64,000 bases of DNA from an uncultured Nitrospina sp. (GTDB taxonomy: Bacteria; Nitrospinota; Nitrospinia; Nitrospinales; VA-1). The stretch covers positions 16,580-80,579 of the forward strand of contig CALAGQ010000047.1 of assembly GCA_937891765.1 (NCBI GenBank), given 5' to 3'. The position numbers were made by a program, and so were the translations under genes. Below are positions 1 through 10,772 of this stretch, in pieces. Within the stretch, counting starts at the first letter, position 1. Every line of letters starts with the position of its first letter. The notes beneath the pieces are model-generated. The model ran no database searches. It was not told the origin of the DNA and was given only the letters and a program-made list of their open reading frames with translations.

Positions 1-1208
1 AAGGGAAAAAGAACAGCCCGTGTTTAATTTTTATTGATGAAATAGATGCTGTGGGTCGGCATCGTGGCGCTGGTATGGGCGGCGGCCATGATGAGCGGGA
101 ACAGACTCTTAACCAGCTTCTGGTCGAGATGGATGGTTTCGAAAATAATGAGGGCGTCATCCTCATCGCCGCAACCAACCGTCCTGATGTTCTGGATCCG
201 GCTTTGTTGAGGCCGGGACGGTTTGATCGACAGGTTGTGGTCAGTCGTCCTGATGTCAAAGGCCGGGACGGAATCTTGAAAGTTCATACTGCTACGGTGC
301 CACTTACTGATGAAGTGGACTTGAAAATTATCGCCAGAGGGACTCCAGGATTTACCGGTGCGGATCTGGCTAACCTTGTTAACGAGGCGGCTCTGTTAGC
401 CGCTCGGAACGACAAGAAAGCCGTAGATATGGAAGACTTTGAGCAAGCCAAGGACAAAGTCCTGATGGGAGTAGAACGTCGGAGTATGGTTATTTCCGAG
501 AAAGAGAAAAAGACCACGGCCTATCATGAAGCGGGGCATGCTCTGGTAGCCTCTCTTTTGCCGGGAACCGATCCTATTCATAAAGTTACTATCATTCCAA
601 GAGGAAGAGCTTTGGGAGTGACGATGCAGTTGCCGATTGATGAGCAACATACGTATCAAAAAAATTATCTTTATAACACCCTTGCCATCTTGATGGGTGG
701 AAGGTGTGCGGAGGAAATTTGTCTTGGTGAAATGACCACGGGTGCTGGCAATGATATTGAAAGAGCCACAGATATGGCTCGGAAAATGGTCTGCGAATGG
801 GGCATGAGCGAAAAAATGGGGCCGCTTACCTATGGCTCCAAGGAGGAGCAGGTATTTTTGGGTAGGGACTTTTCTTCCCAGAAAAACTTCAGCGACCAGA
901 CAGCTAAACTGATAGATCAGGAAGTCAAGACGCTGGTTATGGGAGGGTACAACCGCGCCACTGAGTTATTGGGACAGAATCGTAATATCCTCGAAAATCT
1001 GGCTCAGGCTCTGCTGGAGAAGGAAACCCTGAACGCGGTGGAGGTTAAAAATATTATTGATGGAAAGAGTGATATCGATCCTGATCTTTCCGGAGGGGAA
1101 GCACAAGAGATAAAGCCTGAGGTTCCGGCTGAAAAACCGAAAGCTAAAATAGATCCTAAAGAGGGACTGCTGGGAGGCGGTGGCATGCCTGATCCCACGC
1201 CAGCCTGA
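1..1208 (+). CDS. ftsH: ATP-dependent zinc metalloprotease FtsH (5' truncated by window edge)
   Basis: Walker [11 protein letters not shown] at window start, SRH region [24 protein letters not shown] zinc motif, M41 domain. Confidence 0.97.
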   Translation, partial: GKKNSPCLIFIDEIDAVGRHRGAGMGGGHDEREQTLNQLLVEMDGFENNEGVILIAATNRPDVLDPALLRPGRFDRQVVVSRPDVKGRDGILKVHTATVPLTDEVDLKIIARGTPGFTGADLANLVNEAALLAARNDKKAVDMEDFEQAKDKVLMGVERRSMVISEKEKKTTAYHEAGHALVASLLPGTDPIHKVTIIPRGRALGVTMQLPIDEQHTYQKNYLYNTLAILMGGRCAEEICLGEMTTGAGNDIERATDMARKMVCEWGMSEKMGPLTYGSKEEQVFLGRDFSSQKNFSDQTAKLIDQEVKTLVMGGYNRATELLGQNRNILENLAQALLEKETLNAVEVKNIIDGKSDIDPDLSGGEAQEIKPEVPAEKPKAKIDPKEGLLGGGGMPDPTPA

Positions 1209-1230
1209 TCTTTACTTTAAATACTCGTTT

Positions 1231-1281
1231 CCAAAAACTCCACATTTTATCCGGCTTGATGCCGGAGTGTGGAGTTTTTGG
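1231..1281 (+). terminator. Inverted-repeat hairpin after ftsH, probable terminator
   Basis: 14-bp arms ccaaaaactccaca/tgtggagtttttgg with inner tccggc/gccgga stem. Confidence 0.6.
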
Positions 1282-1366
1282 TTTCCACCACTAGCCACTA
1301 GGCGTGGAGCCCCGACCAACGACCGGTGGCAACTAGCAATAGCTTGTTGCGCCGAGAGAATGCTTT

Positions 1367-2197
1367 ATGATTCCATTTCGCTTTCCCCAACATAGAGAAG
1401 AAGCCTTGGTCATGGGCATTATCAATCTGTCCCCAGACTCTTTCTACGGAGAGAGTCGATGCGGAACCCTTGAGCAAGCGCTTGGTGTCGCAGAAAGAAT
1501 GATCGCTGAAGGCGCAGATATTCTCGATGTGGGTGCGGAAAGTTCGCGGCCGGGATCTGTTCCGATTTCGGAGCAGGAGGAGTTAGACCGTTTGCTTCCC
1601 ATATTGATGAAACTTATGGAAAGCACTGACATTCCTATTTCGGTAGATACCTATAAACCGGCGGTTGCCGATGGCGTTTTGCAAGCTGGAGCCAGTATCA
1701 TTAATGATATTACAGGCCTGCAACGGTTTGAGGAGATGGCCCCGACCATTTCCCGGTTTCATGCTGGAGTGATTTTGATGCATATGCAGGGCAAGCCTGA
1801 AACCATGCAGGGGAATCCACAATATGAGGATGTATTGACAGAAGTTTCTGAGTATCTGCGGCAGAGTATCGCCATTGCTGTTTCCGCCGGAATTGATCCT
1901 CAAAAAATTGCTATAGATCCCGGTATAGGATTTGGTAAAACGGACTCTCATAATCTTCTGATATTGAAAAATTTGAATCGCTTGAATGAATTGGGCAAGC
2001 CGGTACTTATAGGCGTTTCAAGAAAGTCCCTGATAGGAAATATTTTAAATGTGCCGGTTGAAGAAAGGTTGGAAGGTTCAATCTCCGCAGCCGTATTCGG
2101 GGTGACGCAGGGGGCTGCCATCATTCGCACTCATGACGTCCAGGCCACTCGCCGGGCAGTAAAAGTTGCTGAAGCAATTATGAAGGAAGAAGAATGA
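1367..2197 (+). CDS. folP: Dihydropteroate synthase
   Basis: MGIINLSPDSF, DVGAESSRPG, IDPGIGFGK, GVSRKS, RTHDV motifs. Confidence 0.96.
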   Translation: MIPFRFPQHREEALVMGIINLSPDSFYGESRCGTLEQALGVAERMIAEGADILDVGAESSRPGSVPISEQEELDRLLPILMKLMESTDIPISVDTYKPAVADGVLQAGASIINDITGLQRFEEMAPTISRFHAGVILMHMQGKPETMQGNPQYEDVLTEVSEYLRQSIAIAVSAGIDPQKIAIDPGIGFGKTDSHNLLILKNLNRLNELGKPVLIGVSRKSLIGNILNVPVEERLEGSISAAVFGVTQGAAIIRTHDVQATRRAVKVAEAIMKEEE

Positions 2198-2928
2198 TCC
2201 GTTTATTTGTAAATGTGGACCATGTTGCCACCATTCGAGAAGCTAGAAAGACCATTGAGCCGAGTCCCTTAAAAGCGGCGCTGTTGGCGGAAAAAGCCGG
2301 GGCAGAGGGGATCACTATCCATTTGAGGGAAGACCGACGGCATATTCAGGATGACGATGTGCGAGTCATTCGACAAGGGGTCAGCACTCCATTGAATCTG
2401 GAAATGGCTCCTACCGAGGAGATGGTTGAACTGGCTTTGGAGATTCAGCCGTATCAGGTCTCGCTGGTTCCGGAAAAGCGTCAGGAAATCACAACCGAGG
2501 GAGGGTTGGACGTTTGCTCTCAGGAGAAGGCATTAACAGAAATTGGGGAAAAGATGCATGGCAAAGGAATTTTGTTCAGCCTGTTCATTGACCCTGATAC
2601 GAAGCAGGTGGACGCAGCACAAAGAATTAAGGCGGATAGCATAGAAATCAATACCGGTAAATACTCGGAACTTGAGTCGGCTGAAGAAGTTGAAGCGGAG
2701 CTGGAACGCATACAGAAAAGCGCTAAAAGGGCCGCCGAAAAGGGATTGAAGGTTTTTGCCGGGCATGGCTTGAATTACGAGAATGTAAAGGCTATAGCCG
2801 CAATCCCGGAAATTGAGGAACTCAATATTGGCCATTTCATAGTCGGGCAGGCGGTTTATGGCGGAATGGAAAATGCTGTGACAGAGATGATTCGCTCAAT
2901 TAAAGCGGGAAGCGTGCAGCAAGGCTGA
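2194..2928 (+). CDS. pdxJ: Pyridoxine 5'-phosphate synthase
   Basis: VNVDHVATIREAR, HLREDRRHIQD, AGHGL, ELNIGH motifs; ATGA overlap with folP. Confidence 0.96.
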   Translation: MIRLFVNVDHVATIREARKTIEPSPLKAALLAEKAGAEGITIHLREDRRHIQDDDVRVIRQGVSTPLNLEMAPTEEMVELALEIQPYQVSLVPEKRQEITTEGGLDVCSQEKALTEIGEKMHGKGILFSLFIDPDTKQVDAAQRIKADSIEINTGKYSELESAEEVEAELERIQKSAKRAAEKGLKVFAGHGLNYENVKAIAAIPEIEELNIGHFIVGQAVYGGMENAVTEMIRSIKAGSVQQG

Positions 2929-3036
2929 ACCGGGATTTATATAGAACTCCTTGAAAATGTTGCTGTTTTGATGATTTTTTTATGAGTTTGGTATAAAACT
3001 TGCGGTATAATATTTGAAGTTAATTTTACCAAAATA

Positions 3037-3834
3037 TTGACGGATGTGGTGATGACAGATTTTAACCAGTCTTCTCAGGTTGCCCAGGATAATTTATTGA
3101 TTAGAGAGCGTGGAATTTTCAGTGCGCGGGAATACTCCCGTGTCGTGGAGACTTTTGGCCGAGTCTTGCAGTATAAAGAAACCTTCCGATTGTCTATAGA
3201 GGGGAAGCTGGCCTCCATCGGTCAACAGGTGAAGAATAATATCGAGAATCTGGAAACCCTCATGCGGAACATCGATATATATACTCAGAATATAGACAAA
3301 ATTTCCAACAACCTGGGACAACTGCAAACCGAGGAAAATTCTATTAAAGCCCGGTACGAAGAACTTTTAAACGGATCTCCGGACACAGCCCTTGTGGATG
3401 ATAGAGATAGTGGCGATCTGGATCCTGCAGGCTCCCGGGAATACCTGATACAACGGCGGCGAAGTTATCTGGAAAGTCTGGACCAGAGCTTTAAGCGTCT
3501 GGATGGAGAATTGTTTTCTATTGAAAAACTGCGTACTGAGTTGGCAAGAGCTCGTGGTGAAATTCTCGTTAAAAAAGATGAAGCTCAGAAACAAATGAGA
3601 ACTCTGGAAGAAGCCGGAGCCCGACATTTGGAGGATGTTAAGCGGATAGAAATGGAACTCGAATCATCGGTGGATGAGGAGAGACTTTTGATCAATGAGT
3701 TCAAACGTTTGGTGAATGGCGCTGAAAGAACTTTGGAGATCAGCGATGAGATAGATCATATTTTATTCACCTATCTCACTGCAGCCGAATCGAAGGACAA
3801 TGCCTCTAGAAATCCGGTCCCTGCGGCGGATTAA
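3037..3834 (+). CDS. Hypothetical coiled-coil protein
   Basis: 265-aa ORF rich in E/L/R/K with heptad pattern; no recognisable motif. Confidence 0.7.
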   Translation: MTDVVMTDFNQSSQVAQDNLLIRERGIFSAREYSRVVETFGRVLQYKETFRLSIEGKLASIGQQVKNNIENLETLMRNIDIYTQNIDKISNNLGQLQTEENSIKARYEELLNGSPDTALVDDRDSGDLDPAGSREYLIQRRRSYLESLDQSFKRLDGELFSIEKLRTELARARGEILVKKDEAQKQMRTLEEAGARHLEDVKRIEMELESSVDEERLLINEFKRLVNGAERTLEISDEIDHILFTYLTAAESKDNASRNPVPAAD

Positions 3835-4010
3835 CAACCCCCTGTTTGATTTTAAGATTGCTCTCAGGTTTGTATTGACTTGAATTTGTAAATTTTGCAT
3901 ACTCCCTCTATAGCTTCAGAGTGATTGAGCTTTCCTGTTGTTTTGCTATCCTCTATTAGTTTAACTCACATATTTTCAATAAGTTTTCCCTGAAAGGCTG
4001 TTAAATAAAA

Positions 4011-5015
4011 ATGACAACGAAGGTCGGCATTAATGGTTTTGGGCGCATCGGCAGGGCGGTATTGAAATGCATATTGAAGGATCCTGAATGCTCGGATTTT
4101 GAAATTGTGGCCATCAATGATTTAACGGATTCCGCTACGTTGGCGCACCTTTTTAAATATGATTCTGTTCAGGGAGTTAGCTCTGAGGAAGTGCAATCTG
4201 ATTCTGACGGATTGATCATAGGCGGGAAACATATAAAAATTATTGCTGAACGCGACCCCGCTAATTTGCCTTGGAAAAATTTGGGAGTGGATATTGTTAT
4301 TGAGTCCACAGGGTTATTCACCAAGCGTGATGCGGCAAAGAAGCATATTGAGGCGGGTGCAAAAAAAGTTATTATTTCCGCTCCGGCAACAGACCCGGAT
4401 GTGACCATCGTTTTGGGCGTGAATGAAGGAGCCTACGTTTCTTCTGAGCATCAGATTATTTCCAACGCTTCCTGCACCACAAACTGCCTGGCTCCGGTTG
4501 CTAAAGTGATGCATGAAAAATTTGGTTTTAAAAAAGGACTGATGACGACCATTCATTCGTATACGAATGACCAAAAAATTCTGGACTTGCCTCATTCCGA
4601 CCTGAGGCGGGCAAGGGCGGCGAACCTTTCAATGATTCCTACCACCACAGGTGCAGCAAAAGCGGTGGCATTAGTGCTGCCTGAAATAAAAGGCAAGCTG
4701 GATGGTATGGCCATTCGTGTTCCGACTCCTAATGTATCCCTGATCGACCTGGTGGTTGAGGTTGAGAAAAATACCAGCGCCGAGGAGGTTAATCAGGCCT
4801 TGAAGGAAGCGTCTCAAGGATATTTGAATAAGATAATGCGGTTCGAAGAAAAACCTCTGGTATCCATCGATTTTAATGGGGATTCCTGCTCGTCGATCAT
4901 TGACGGAATTTCTACCAAAGTCATCGGAGGTAATATGGTGAAAGTTTTAGCCTGGTATGACAATGAGTGGGGCTATTCCAGCAGAGTTAAAGATCTTTTG
5001 AAGTTTATTGCCTGA
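4011..5015 (+). CDS. gap: Type I glyceraldehyde-3-phosphate dehydrogenase
   Basis: GINGFGRIGR, SNASCTTNCLAP, WYDNEWGYS. Confidence 0.98.
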   Translation: MTTKVGINGFGRIGRAVLKCILKDPECSDFEIVAINDLTDSATLAHLFKYDSVQGVSSEEVQSDSDGLIIGGKHIKIIAERDPANLPWKNLGVDIVIESTGLFTKRDAAKKHIEAGAKKVIISAPATDPDVTIVLGVNEGAYVSSEHQIISNASCTTNCLAPVAKVMHEKFGFKKGLMTTIHSYTNDQKILDLPHSDLRRARAANLSMIPTTTGAAKAVALVLPEIKGKLDGMAIRVPTPNVSLIDLVVEVEKNTSAEEVNQALKEASQGYLNKIMRFEEKPLVSIDFNGDSCSSIIDGISTKVIGGNMVKVLAWYDNEWGYSSRVKDLLKFIA

Positions 5016-5063
5016 TACCTGAAACACCCGGTTCATTTTCGAATCCCCCGTCAGGATAAAGTT

Positions 5064-5819
5064 GTGACTATCCCGCTTGTCATCGGCAACTGGAAAATGA
5101 ATATGCTGGCCTCTGAGGCCTGTGATCTGGCTCGGTCACTCGTTGACCGATTGTCAGCCGTCGAAGGAGTGGTCATTGCGCCTCCTTTTACATCGCTGTA
5201 TCCAGTTAGCCAGATTATAAAAGGCTCGAGTCTGGGTCTGGCAGGGCAAAACTTCCATTTTGAAAGCAAGGGCGCCTATACCGGCGAAGTCTCGCTTAAA
5301 ATGTTGAAGGATGTGGGATGTGGTTATGCCTTGATCGGTCATTCAGAAAGGCGCCAGCTATTCGGCGAAACGGATGAAACGGTCAACAAAAAGGTTCACC
5401 TTGCCATGCAGATGGGGATTACTGCCGTGGTTTGCGTCGGGGAGACCGGAGAGCAGAGAAAGGCTGGCGAAACCCTGAGTGTCATCGAGACCCAGTTGTC
5501 AGGCGGTCTGGCCGGGTTGTCTGGCGAGAGCATCGCCCATCTGGCAATCGCTTATGAACCGGTTTGGGCTATCGGAACGGGCCTTAATGCTACTCCGGAA
5601 CAGGCTGTTGATATCCATAAATTTATCAGAAAATTTTTGTTCGAGAGGCAGGGGTTTTCTGAAAAGATGGGTGCGAGAATCCTTTATGGCGGGAGTGTGA
5701 CCCCCGAAAACTGTGCAGAACTTTTGCGCGAAGAAGAAATAAATGGAGCGCTGGTCGGTGGGGCGAGCCTGAATTTTGAGTCATTTTATGCTATTATTAA
5801 ATCCTCCCTTGAACCGTGA
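5064..5819 (+). CDS. tpiA: Triosephosphate isomerase
   Basis: GNWKMN, GHSERR, AYEPVWAIGTG, YGGSV, LVGGASL. Confidence 0.98.
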   Translation: MTIPLVIGNWKMNMLASEACDLARSLVDRLSAVEGVVIAPPFTSLYPVSQIIKGSSLGLAGQNFHFESKGAYTGEVSLKMLKDVGCGYALIGHSERRQLFGETDETVNKKVHLAMQMGITAVVCVGETGEQRKAGETLSVIETQLSGGLAGLSGESIAHLAIAYEPVWAIGTGLNATPEQAVDIHKFIRKFLFERQGFSEKMGARILYGGSVTPENCAELLREEEINGALVGGASLNFESFYAIIKSSLEP

Positions 5820-5888
5820 CAGCTTTTTAGTCATAATCAAAAGTTCTGGGTAGATAATTTGTAACAAACTGGTAATTTTAAAAAACTG

Positions 5889-6209
5889 ATGAATACAATA
5901 ATTACAGTATTGCATGTGCTTGCGGCTTTTTGTTTGATCCTTACCGTACTTTTACAGGCAGGCAAGGGTGCGGCAATGGGTTCGGGGCTTGGTGCAGGTA
6001 GTAGCCAAACCATGTTTGGCAGTAGTGGGGCTGGAAATTTCCTTACCAAATTGACTACGGGAATCGCTATTTTATTTATGGTCACCTCCTTGACCTTGGC
6101 GACTTTTTCAAACAACAAAAAATCAAGTTCTGTTATTCAAGGTATTGAAGAGTCTCTTCCTGACAAAGCCACAGAGCCCCAGGGCTCGTCTGATAATCCT
6201 TCGAATTAG
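5889..6209 (+). CDS. secG: Preprotein translocase subunit SecG
   Basis: Two TM segments, VLLQAGKG...[14 protein letters not shown]; tpiA-secG-tRNA-Leu synteny. Confidence 0.95.
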   Translation: MNTIITVLHVLAAFCLILTVLLQAGKGAAMGSGLGAGSSQTMFGSSGAGNFLTKLTTGIAILFMVTSLTLATFSNNKKSSSVIQGIEESLPDKATEPQGSSDNPSN

Positions 6210-6230
6210 ACCCTTTTACACACACAGGGT

Positions 6231-6315
6231 GCCGATGTGGTGGAACTGGTAGACACGTGCGCTTGAGGGGCGTATGGAGCGATCCGTGGGAGTTCGACTC
6301 TCCCCATCGGCACCA
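6231..6315 (+). tRNA. tRNA-Leu(GAG)
   Basis: Cloverleaf gccgatg/catcggc, anticodon loop ttGAGgg, long variable arm, T loop gttcgac, encoded CCA. Confidence 0.96.
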
Positions 6316-6362
6316 ACTTTAAATATCCAAATGCTATAATTTTTTCCGATGAGTATTCATTA

Positions 6363-7406
6363 GTGGTTATTAAACGAAAATCTGCTGAAAAATCTATCGC
6401 TCCAAAAGCGGATAAACCCGCTGCTCCCCCGCGCGAGTTTTCTGAGCGTATAGCCAACTTGCTGGTTTCCTGCATCCGAGGCCTTAAAAAGTCACTACCC
6501 GTTGACGATGAATTGGCTAAAAAACTTAAGGACTTGGAAGCTGTGGTGAAAAAAGGTGTCCGGGTTAGCCCGGCTACCGAGCTGGGTAAAGATATTGAGG
6601 AATTTTTTGACAGGCAGATCATTAAGCAGCAGTTTATCGAAGAGGAAAAAGATATTGTTAAAACAATGGTCCTTGAAGTGGTGGATACCATTAAGTCGGT
6701 GATGTCCACCTCCAGTGGATTTGAAACCAACATCGCCGAATGTGTGGAAAATATAGAAAGCGCCGATAATATTCAGGATATTGTGAGGTTGAAAGATAGT
6801 TTTGTCGGAGAGATGCAGAGGGTACGGCAACATTCCCGCACGTTGCAGGATGAGTTGGAAGAACACAGAAAGAATTCCATTATTCTGGCTAAGAAACTGG
6901 AGCAGAGTGAGGCCCAGGCTCTGGTGGACCCTTTGACGAATGTGCTTAATCGAGGCGCCTACAATTTAAAGATGGGCCAGATGATCAATGAATTTAAGCG
7001 TTACAAAGAGGAGTGGGCGCTTTTGATTCTGGATATCGATCATTTTAAAATATTTAATGATGACTACGGACACCAAATAGGAGACAAGGTTTTGAAGTCG
7101 GTTGCGGGGACGGTGCGAAATGCCATACGAATCTCTGACCAGATTTTCCGGTATGGTGGGGAAGAGTTTGTCGTTCTTTTAAGCCGGGTAGATGCAAAAA
7201 TTGCCAGCCAGTTAGCAGAAAAAATCTGCCGAGAGGTTGAAAGGGATTATTTTATTGATGATGATAAAAAGCTGAAAGTCACGATCAGTATAGGGGCTGC
7301 TATTGTTGGCAAGGATGATACGGAGTTGAGCTTGTTTGAAAGGGCTGACAAAGCCATGTATAGAGCCAAAAATAATGGGCGAAATCAGGTTGTGATGGAT
7401 TTGTAA
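6363..7406 (+). CDS. Diguanylate cyclase (GGDEF) with N-terminal helical/coiled-coil region
   Basis: DPLT..NR, DIDHFK..ND.YGH..GD, I-site RISD, RYGGEEF, ADKAMYRAKNNGRN. Confidence 0.93.
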   Translation: MVIKRKSAEKSIAPKADKPAAPPREFSERIANLLVSCIRGLKKSLPVDDELAKKLKDLEAVVKKGVRVSPATELGKDIEEFFDRQIIKQQFIEEEKDIVKTMVLEVVDTIKSVMSTSSGFETNIAECVENIESADNIQDIVRLKDSFVGEMQRVRQHSRTLQDELEEHRKNSIILAKKLEQSEAQALVDPLTNVLNRGAYNLKMGQMINEFKRYKEEWALLILDIDHFKIFNDDYGHQIGDKVLKSVAGTVRNAIRISDQIFRYGGEEFVVLLSRVDAKIASQLAEKICREVERDYFIDDDKKLKVTISIGAAIVGKDDTELSLFERADKAMYRAKNNGRNQVVMDL

Positions 7407-7456
7407 AGTTTCGCCCTGTTTTTTTACAGCTATTTTTTTGTTGTTCCTCATATTGA

Positions 7457-7813
7457 ATGCCTCCCACCACCTTAGAAGATTTATTTTCCTCGCCCGGCTT
7501 CCTAGCCATATTTTTTGCGTTACTCTTAACCATTGCTAATATTATTGTCGGGGTTAGTATTCTTCCCAGCGACAAGCGGAAAAAGGGCTACCGACTTCAT
7601 CGCTTGCTTTTTGGGGCGGTGATTACAAGTTATGCCTTGTTTCTGTTTCATCTTTATCAAACTGAACGAGTGTCTATTTTTGCCTATCTTGTTTTCGGGT
7701 ACCTTCTTCTTGCTGTTCCGTTCACCCGAAGGCTTAACGTGACATTGCACGCCGTTATTGCTTCTATAGGTTTGGTCCTTATTACCGTTGTTGCGGCGAT
7801 TAACTTGATATAG
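7457..7813 (+). CDS. Small 4-TM membrane protein, unknown function
   Basis: 118 aa with four hydrophobic stretches. Confidence 0.7.
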   Translation: MPPTTLEDLFSSPGFLAIFFALLLTIANIIVGVSILPSDKRKKGYRLHRLLFGAVITSYALFLFHLYQTERVSIFAYLVFGYLLLAVPFTRRLNVTLHAVIASIGLVLITVVAAINLI

Positions 7814-7873
7814 TTGAATCTGGGTGGTGTAGACTTAATCGTTATGAACCTTCATTTTTAGTGGTCTGATTAC

Positions 7874-9202
7874 ATGGAAGAATTTGATGTGCTGGTGTTG
7901 GGGGGAGGGCTGGCCGGGGTTTCTGCCGCTCTGAGAGCCGCAGAACTGGGTGGAAACATCTGCCTGATTGAAAGAGACCCTATAGGGCAGGCGGGTTTTC
8001 AAAGAAGAAATGCGCTTTTTATTGAAAACGGCATCCTGCCTTCGATGAGTTGGGAAGACTATAAAACGATTTTAAACTCCGAAACTGAGCGATATTCTCA
8101 ATTGGCGGGAGAAAAACTAAATGCCGCCGGTGTGTCCGTTATAGAAGGGGAGGGAAGGCTTGCGAGTCCGACGGAGATCAGTGTTCAAAAGAGCGATGGT
8201 GAACATTTACTCTTAAAGGGTAGGTCGGTCATTCTGGCTTATGGTTCTGTATCCCGTTTTTCGTCGACCTTGCCTCGTGAAGATGGGATTGTCATAGACA
8301 TCGATGAGATATCAAAGCTCCCCGCGCTTCCTGAGAAAGTTCTTGTTGTAGGCGGGGGGCCCTTTGCCAGTGAGACGGCGCTGGGGCTCAATAGAAGGGG
8401 ATGCAAAGTTTTTCTTTGTTATGAAGAAAAAGAATTGTTTCCGCAAATGGATAGCGACTTCAATGTTGAGATAGAACGCCAGTTCAAAGAGAAGAAAATT
8501 AAAATCCTTCCGGGAAAAAAGTTGATTTCAATTTACAAAAATGGCGATGAACTGGAAATCACTTTGGAGACCGGTATCAAGTTCTCTGTCCATCAAATAA
8601 TTAATGCCGGTGACAGGGCCGGGATGGATGATAATGCAGTCGCTGAAAAACTGGGGGTTCGTTTAGGAGAACATCAAAAAATATTTGTTGACGATTCCAT
8701 GATGACGAGCTTGCCCGGAGTGTATGCTGTGGGAAGTAGTGCCGGCGAATTGACTAGCGATACGCTTTCCCAGGAAGAGGGCAAAGTTGCCGCGGAAAAT
8801 GCCATGGGGAAGAAAAGAATATTAAACCGGGAGTGGGTTCCACAAACTGTCCGCCTGGTTCCTGATGTGGCCTATGTGGGTTGTTCCATGAAGACGGCTC
8901 CATTTCAAGGATTTCATCCTGTCGAGGGTGTGTTCAAGGAGGATTTTACAGGCGCCGAAAATATGTCCTTTCCCAAAACCGGGGGAAAATATAAAGTTGT
9001 CGCAGATAAAAGGTCACGTCTGATTGTTGGGGTACAAATCATTTCACATCAGGCTGCTGATTGGATGCCGATACTTTTATTGTTGATTAAAAAGGGGGTC
9101 ACGGTGGGTAATCTGGCTAATTCCATCACTTCTGAGGGGTCTAAAATTAGAGGCTTGTGCGAGGCGGCCCGGAATTGTTCGAGGGCCTTGAAGTCCCCAT
9201 AA
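7874..9202 (+). CDS. Lpd/glutathione-reductase-fold flavoprotein lacking the redox-active disulfide
   Basis: GGGLAG FAD motif, VVGGGPFASE NAD motif, TSLPGVYAVG, C-terminal dimerisation domain; no CxxxxC. Confidence 0.8.
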   Translation: MEEFDVLVLGGGLAGVSAALRAAELGGNICLIERDPIGQAGFQRRNALFIENGILPSMSWEDYKTILNSETERYSQLAGEKLNAAGVSVIEGEGRLASPTEISVQKSDGEHLLLKGRSVILAYGSVSRFSSTLPREDGIVIDIDEISKLPALPEKVLVVGGGPFASETALGLNRRGCKVFLCYEEKELFPQMDSDFNVEIERQFKEKKIKILPGKKLISIYKNGDELEITLETGIKFSVHQIINAGDRAGMDDNAVAEKLGVRLGEHQKIFVDDSMMTSLPGVYAVGSSAGELTSDTLSQEEGKVAAENAMGKKRILNREWVPQTVRLVPDVAYVGCSMKTAPFQGFHPVEGVFKEDFTGAENMSFPKTGGKYKVVADKRSRLIVGVQIISHQAADWMPILLLLIKKGVTVGNLANSITSEGSKIRGLCEAARNCSRALKSP

Positions 9203-9229
9203 AAAAGGTGGTTTCAGGCCAATTACTTC

Positions 9230-9258
9230 TTGCCTTGACTCGATATTTTAATTATGTT
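9230..9258 (+). promoter_or_regulatory. Putative sigma70 promoter of the bc-complex operon
   Basis: TTGCCT-N17-TATGTT. Confidence 0.4.
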
Positions 9259-9349
9259 AAAAACCAACACTTTGACAGTCTGTTCCGGGTTGTCAACCGG
9301 GTCTTAAAAAGTCACTGATGTCCTTATAAAATTAGGTATTATTGAGCTT

Positions 9350-9898
9350 ATGGCTGAGGCAGAGACGAAAGAAAAATCAGCATCCAAGGATGCTAAGGAA
9401 GATGAGGCGCAAAACACCATCTGGTCGCGTCGGGAATTTTTCTCGCTGGCGGGTTGGGCTGCGTTCTTAGGTTCCCTTGGGTTGTCCTCCCTGTATTTTG
9501 CGCGACTGCTTTTCCCGCGTGTCCTTTTTGAGCCTTCCCCGATATTCAAGGCGGGAAATCCCAGTGACTACACAGTCGGTGAAGTCAGCACCAAATTCGT
9601 TAAAGACCAGCGTGTTTGGATTGTTCGGGACTTGGAGGGTATTTATGTCATTTTTGCATTATGCACGCATTTGGGATGCACTCCCCGTTGGCTGAAAACA
9701 GAAAGTAAATACAAATGCCCCTGTCACGGTAGTGGTTTTACCAAGCAAGGGATTAACTTTGAAGGCCCGGCCCCGCGGGCTTTAGAGAGACTAAAGGTTG
9801 CTCTGGCTCCGGATGGGCAGATCATCGTTGATAAAAGTAAGAAATTTCTTTTTGAGAAGGATGAGTGGGGCAAACCAGGGGCGAAACTTTTTGTTTGA
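9350..9898 (+). CDS. qcrA: Rieske [2Fe-2S] subunit of quinol:cytochrome c oxidoreductase
   Basis: Tat motif SRREFF + TM; CTHLGC and CPCHGS boxes; GPAPRAL. Confidence 0.95.
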   Translation: MAEAETKEKSASKDAKEDEAQNTIWSRREFFSLAGWAAFLGSLGLSSLYFARLLFPRVLFEPSPIFKAGNPSDYTVGEVSTKFVKDQRVWIVRDLEGIYVIFALCTHLGCTPRWLKTESKYKCPCHGSGFTKQGINFEGPAPRALERLKVALAPDGQIIVDKSKKFLFEKDEWGKPGAKLFV

Positions 9899-9912
9899 TG
9901 GAGGATTGAGTT

Positions 9913-10743
9913 TTGGCAAGTAATTCACCACAGATTCCGAGCATCGCGGAATTGATGGATAAAATTAAAAGTGGCAAGATATTCACTGAAATTGCCAAAG
10001 AGATTACAGAGTCACAGATCTGGACTTCTAGCTTCCGGCATGGTTATGCGGACACACCTCGAAACCGTGTTCTGCAGATCGCCAGTAATGTCTGGCTGCA
10101 TCTTCATCCTGTAAAGATTCATCGTCACGCCCTGCGAATCAAATTCACATGGTGCATGGGGGGGATCACTTTTCTTCTGTTTCTCTCCACCGTCGTGACC
10201 GGGGTTATCCTGATGTTCTATTACCGTCCTGTTGGGGAATACGCCTATTACGATATGAAGTATTTGCAATACGACGTTCCCTTCGGCATGCTCATGAGAA
10301 ATATGCATCGTTGGGCGGCTCATGCCATGGTTATCACCGTGTGGTTGCATATGTTTCGGGTCTTTTTAACCGGTTCGTATAAACCGCCGAGAGAGTTTAA
10401 CTGGGTCATTGGGGTATTTCTGGTTACGTTCACGCTGCTCCTCAGTTTTACCGGTTATCTCCTGCCTTGGGATCAATTGGCGATGTGGGCGGTCACCGTA
10501 GGCACCAACATGGCTCGTGCGACTCCGTTTCTGGGAAATGAAGGTCCGTTTGCAGAATTTGTCGGAGCGACTCCAAGGTATGACGCTCGTTCCTTATTGA
10601 TCGGGGGTAGCGTGGTCGGTCCTCCTGCTCTATTACGGTTTTACGTGTTGCATTGTATATTTATTCCTTTGATAGCCGGGGCCTTGATGATTGTGCATTT
10701 CTGGCGAATCCGTAAGGATGGTGGAATTTCCGGCCCTCTTTAG
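9913..10743 (+). CDS. qcrB: Cytochrome b6-like N-terminal cytochrome b subunit
   Basis: WCMGG (heme ci Cys), [16 protein letters not shown], second His pair separated by 14 residues, C-terminal GISGPL. Confidence 0.94.
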   Translation: MASNSPQIPSIAELMDKIKSGKIFTEIAKEITESQIWTSSFRHGYADTPRNRVLQIASNVWLHLHPVKIHRHALRIKFTWCMGGITFLLFLSTVVTGVILMFYYRPVGEYAYYDMKYLQYDVPFGMLMRNMHRWAAHAMVITVWLHMFRVFLTGSYKPPREFNWVIGVFLVTFTLLLSFTGYLLPWDQLAMWAVTVGTNMARATPFLGNEGPFAEFVGATPRYDARSLLIGGSVVGPPALLRFYVLHCIFIPLIAGALMIVHFWRIRKDGGISGPL

Positions 10744-10772
10744 GGCAGGTTTATATAAGGGGATAGGAAAAA

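Noticed and set aside
6206..6733. 175-aa minus-strand ORF
   Set aside because: Antisense shadow of tRNA-Leu and the GGDEF gene
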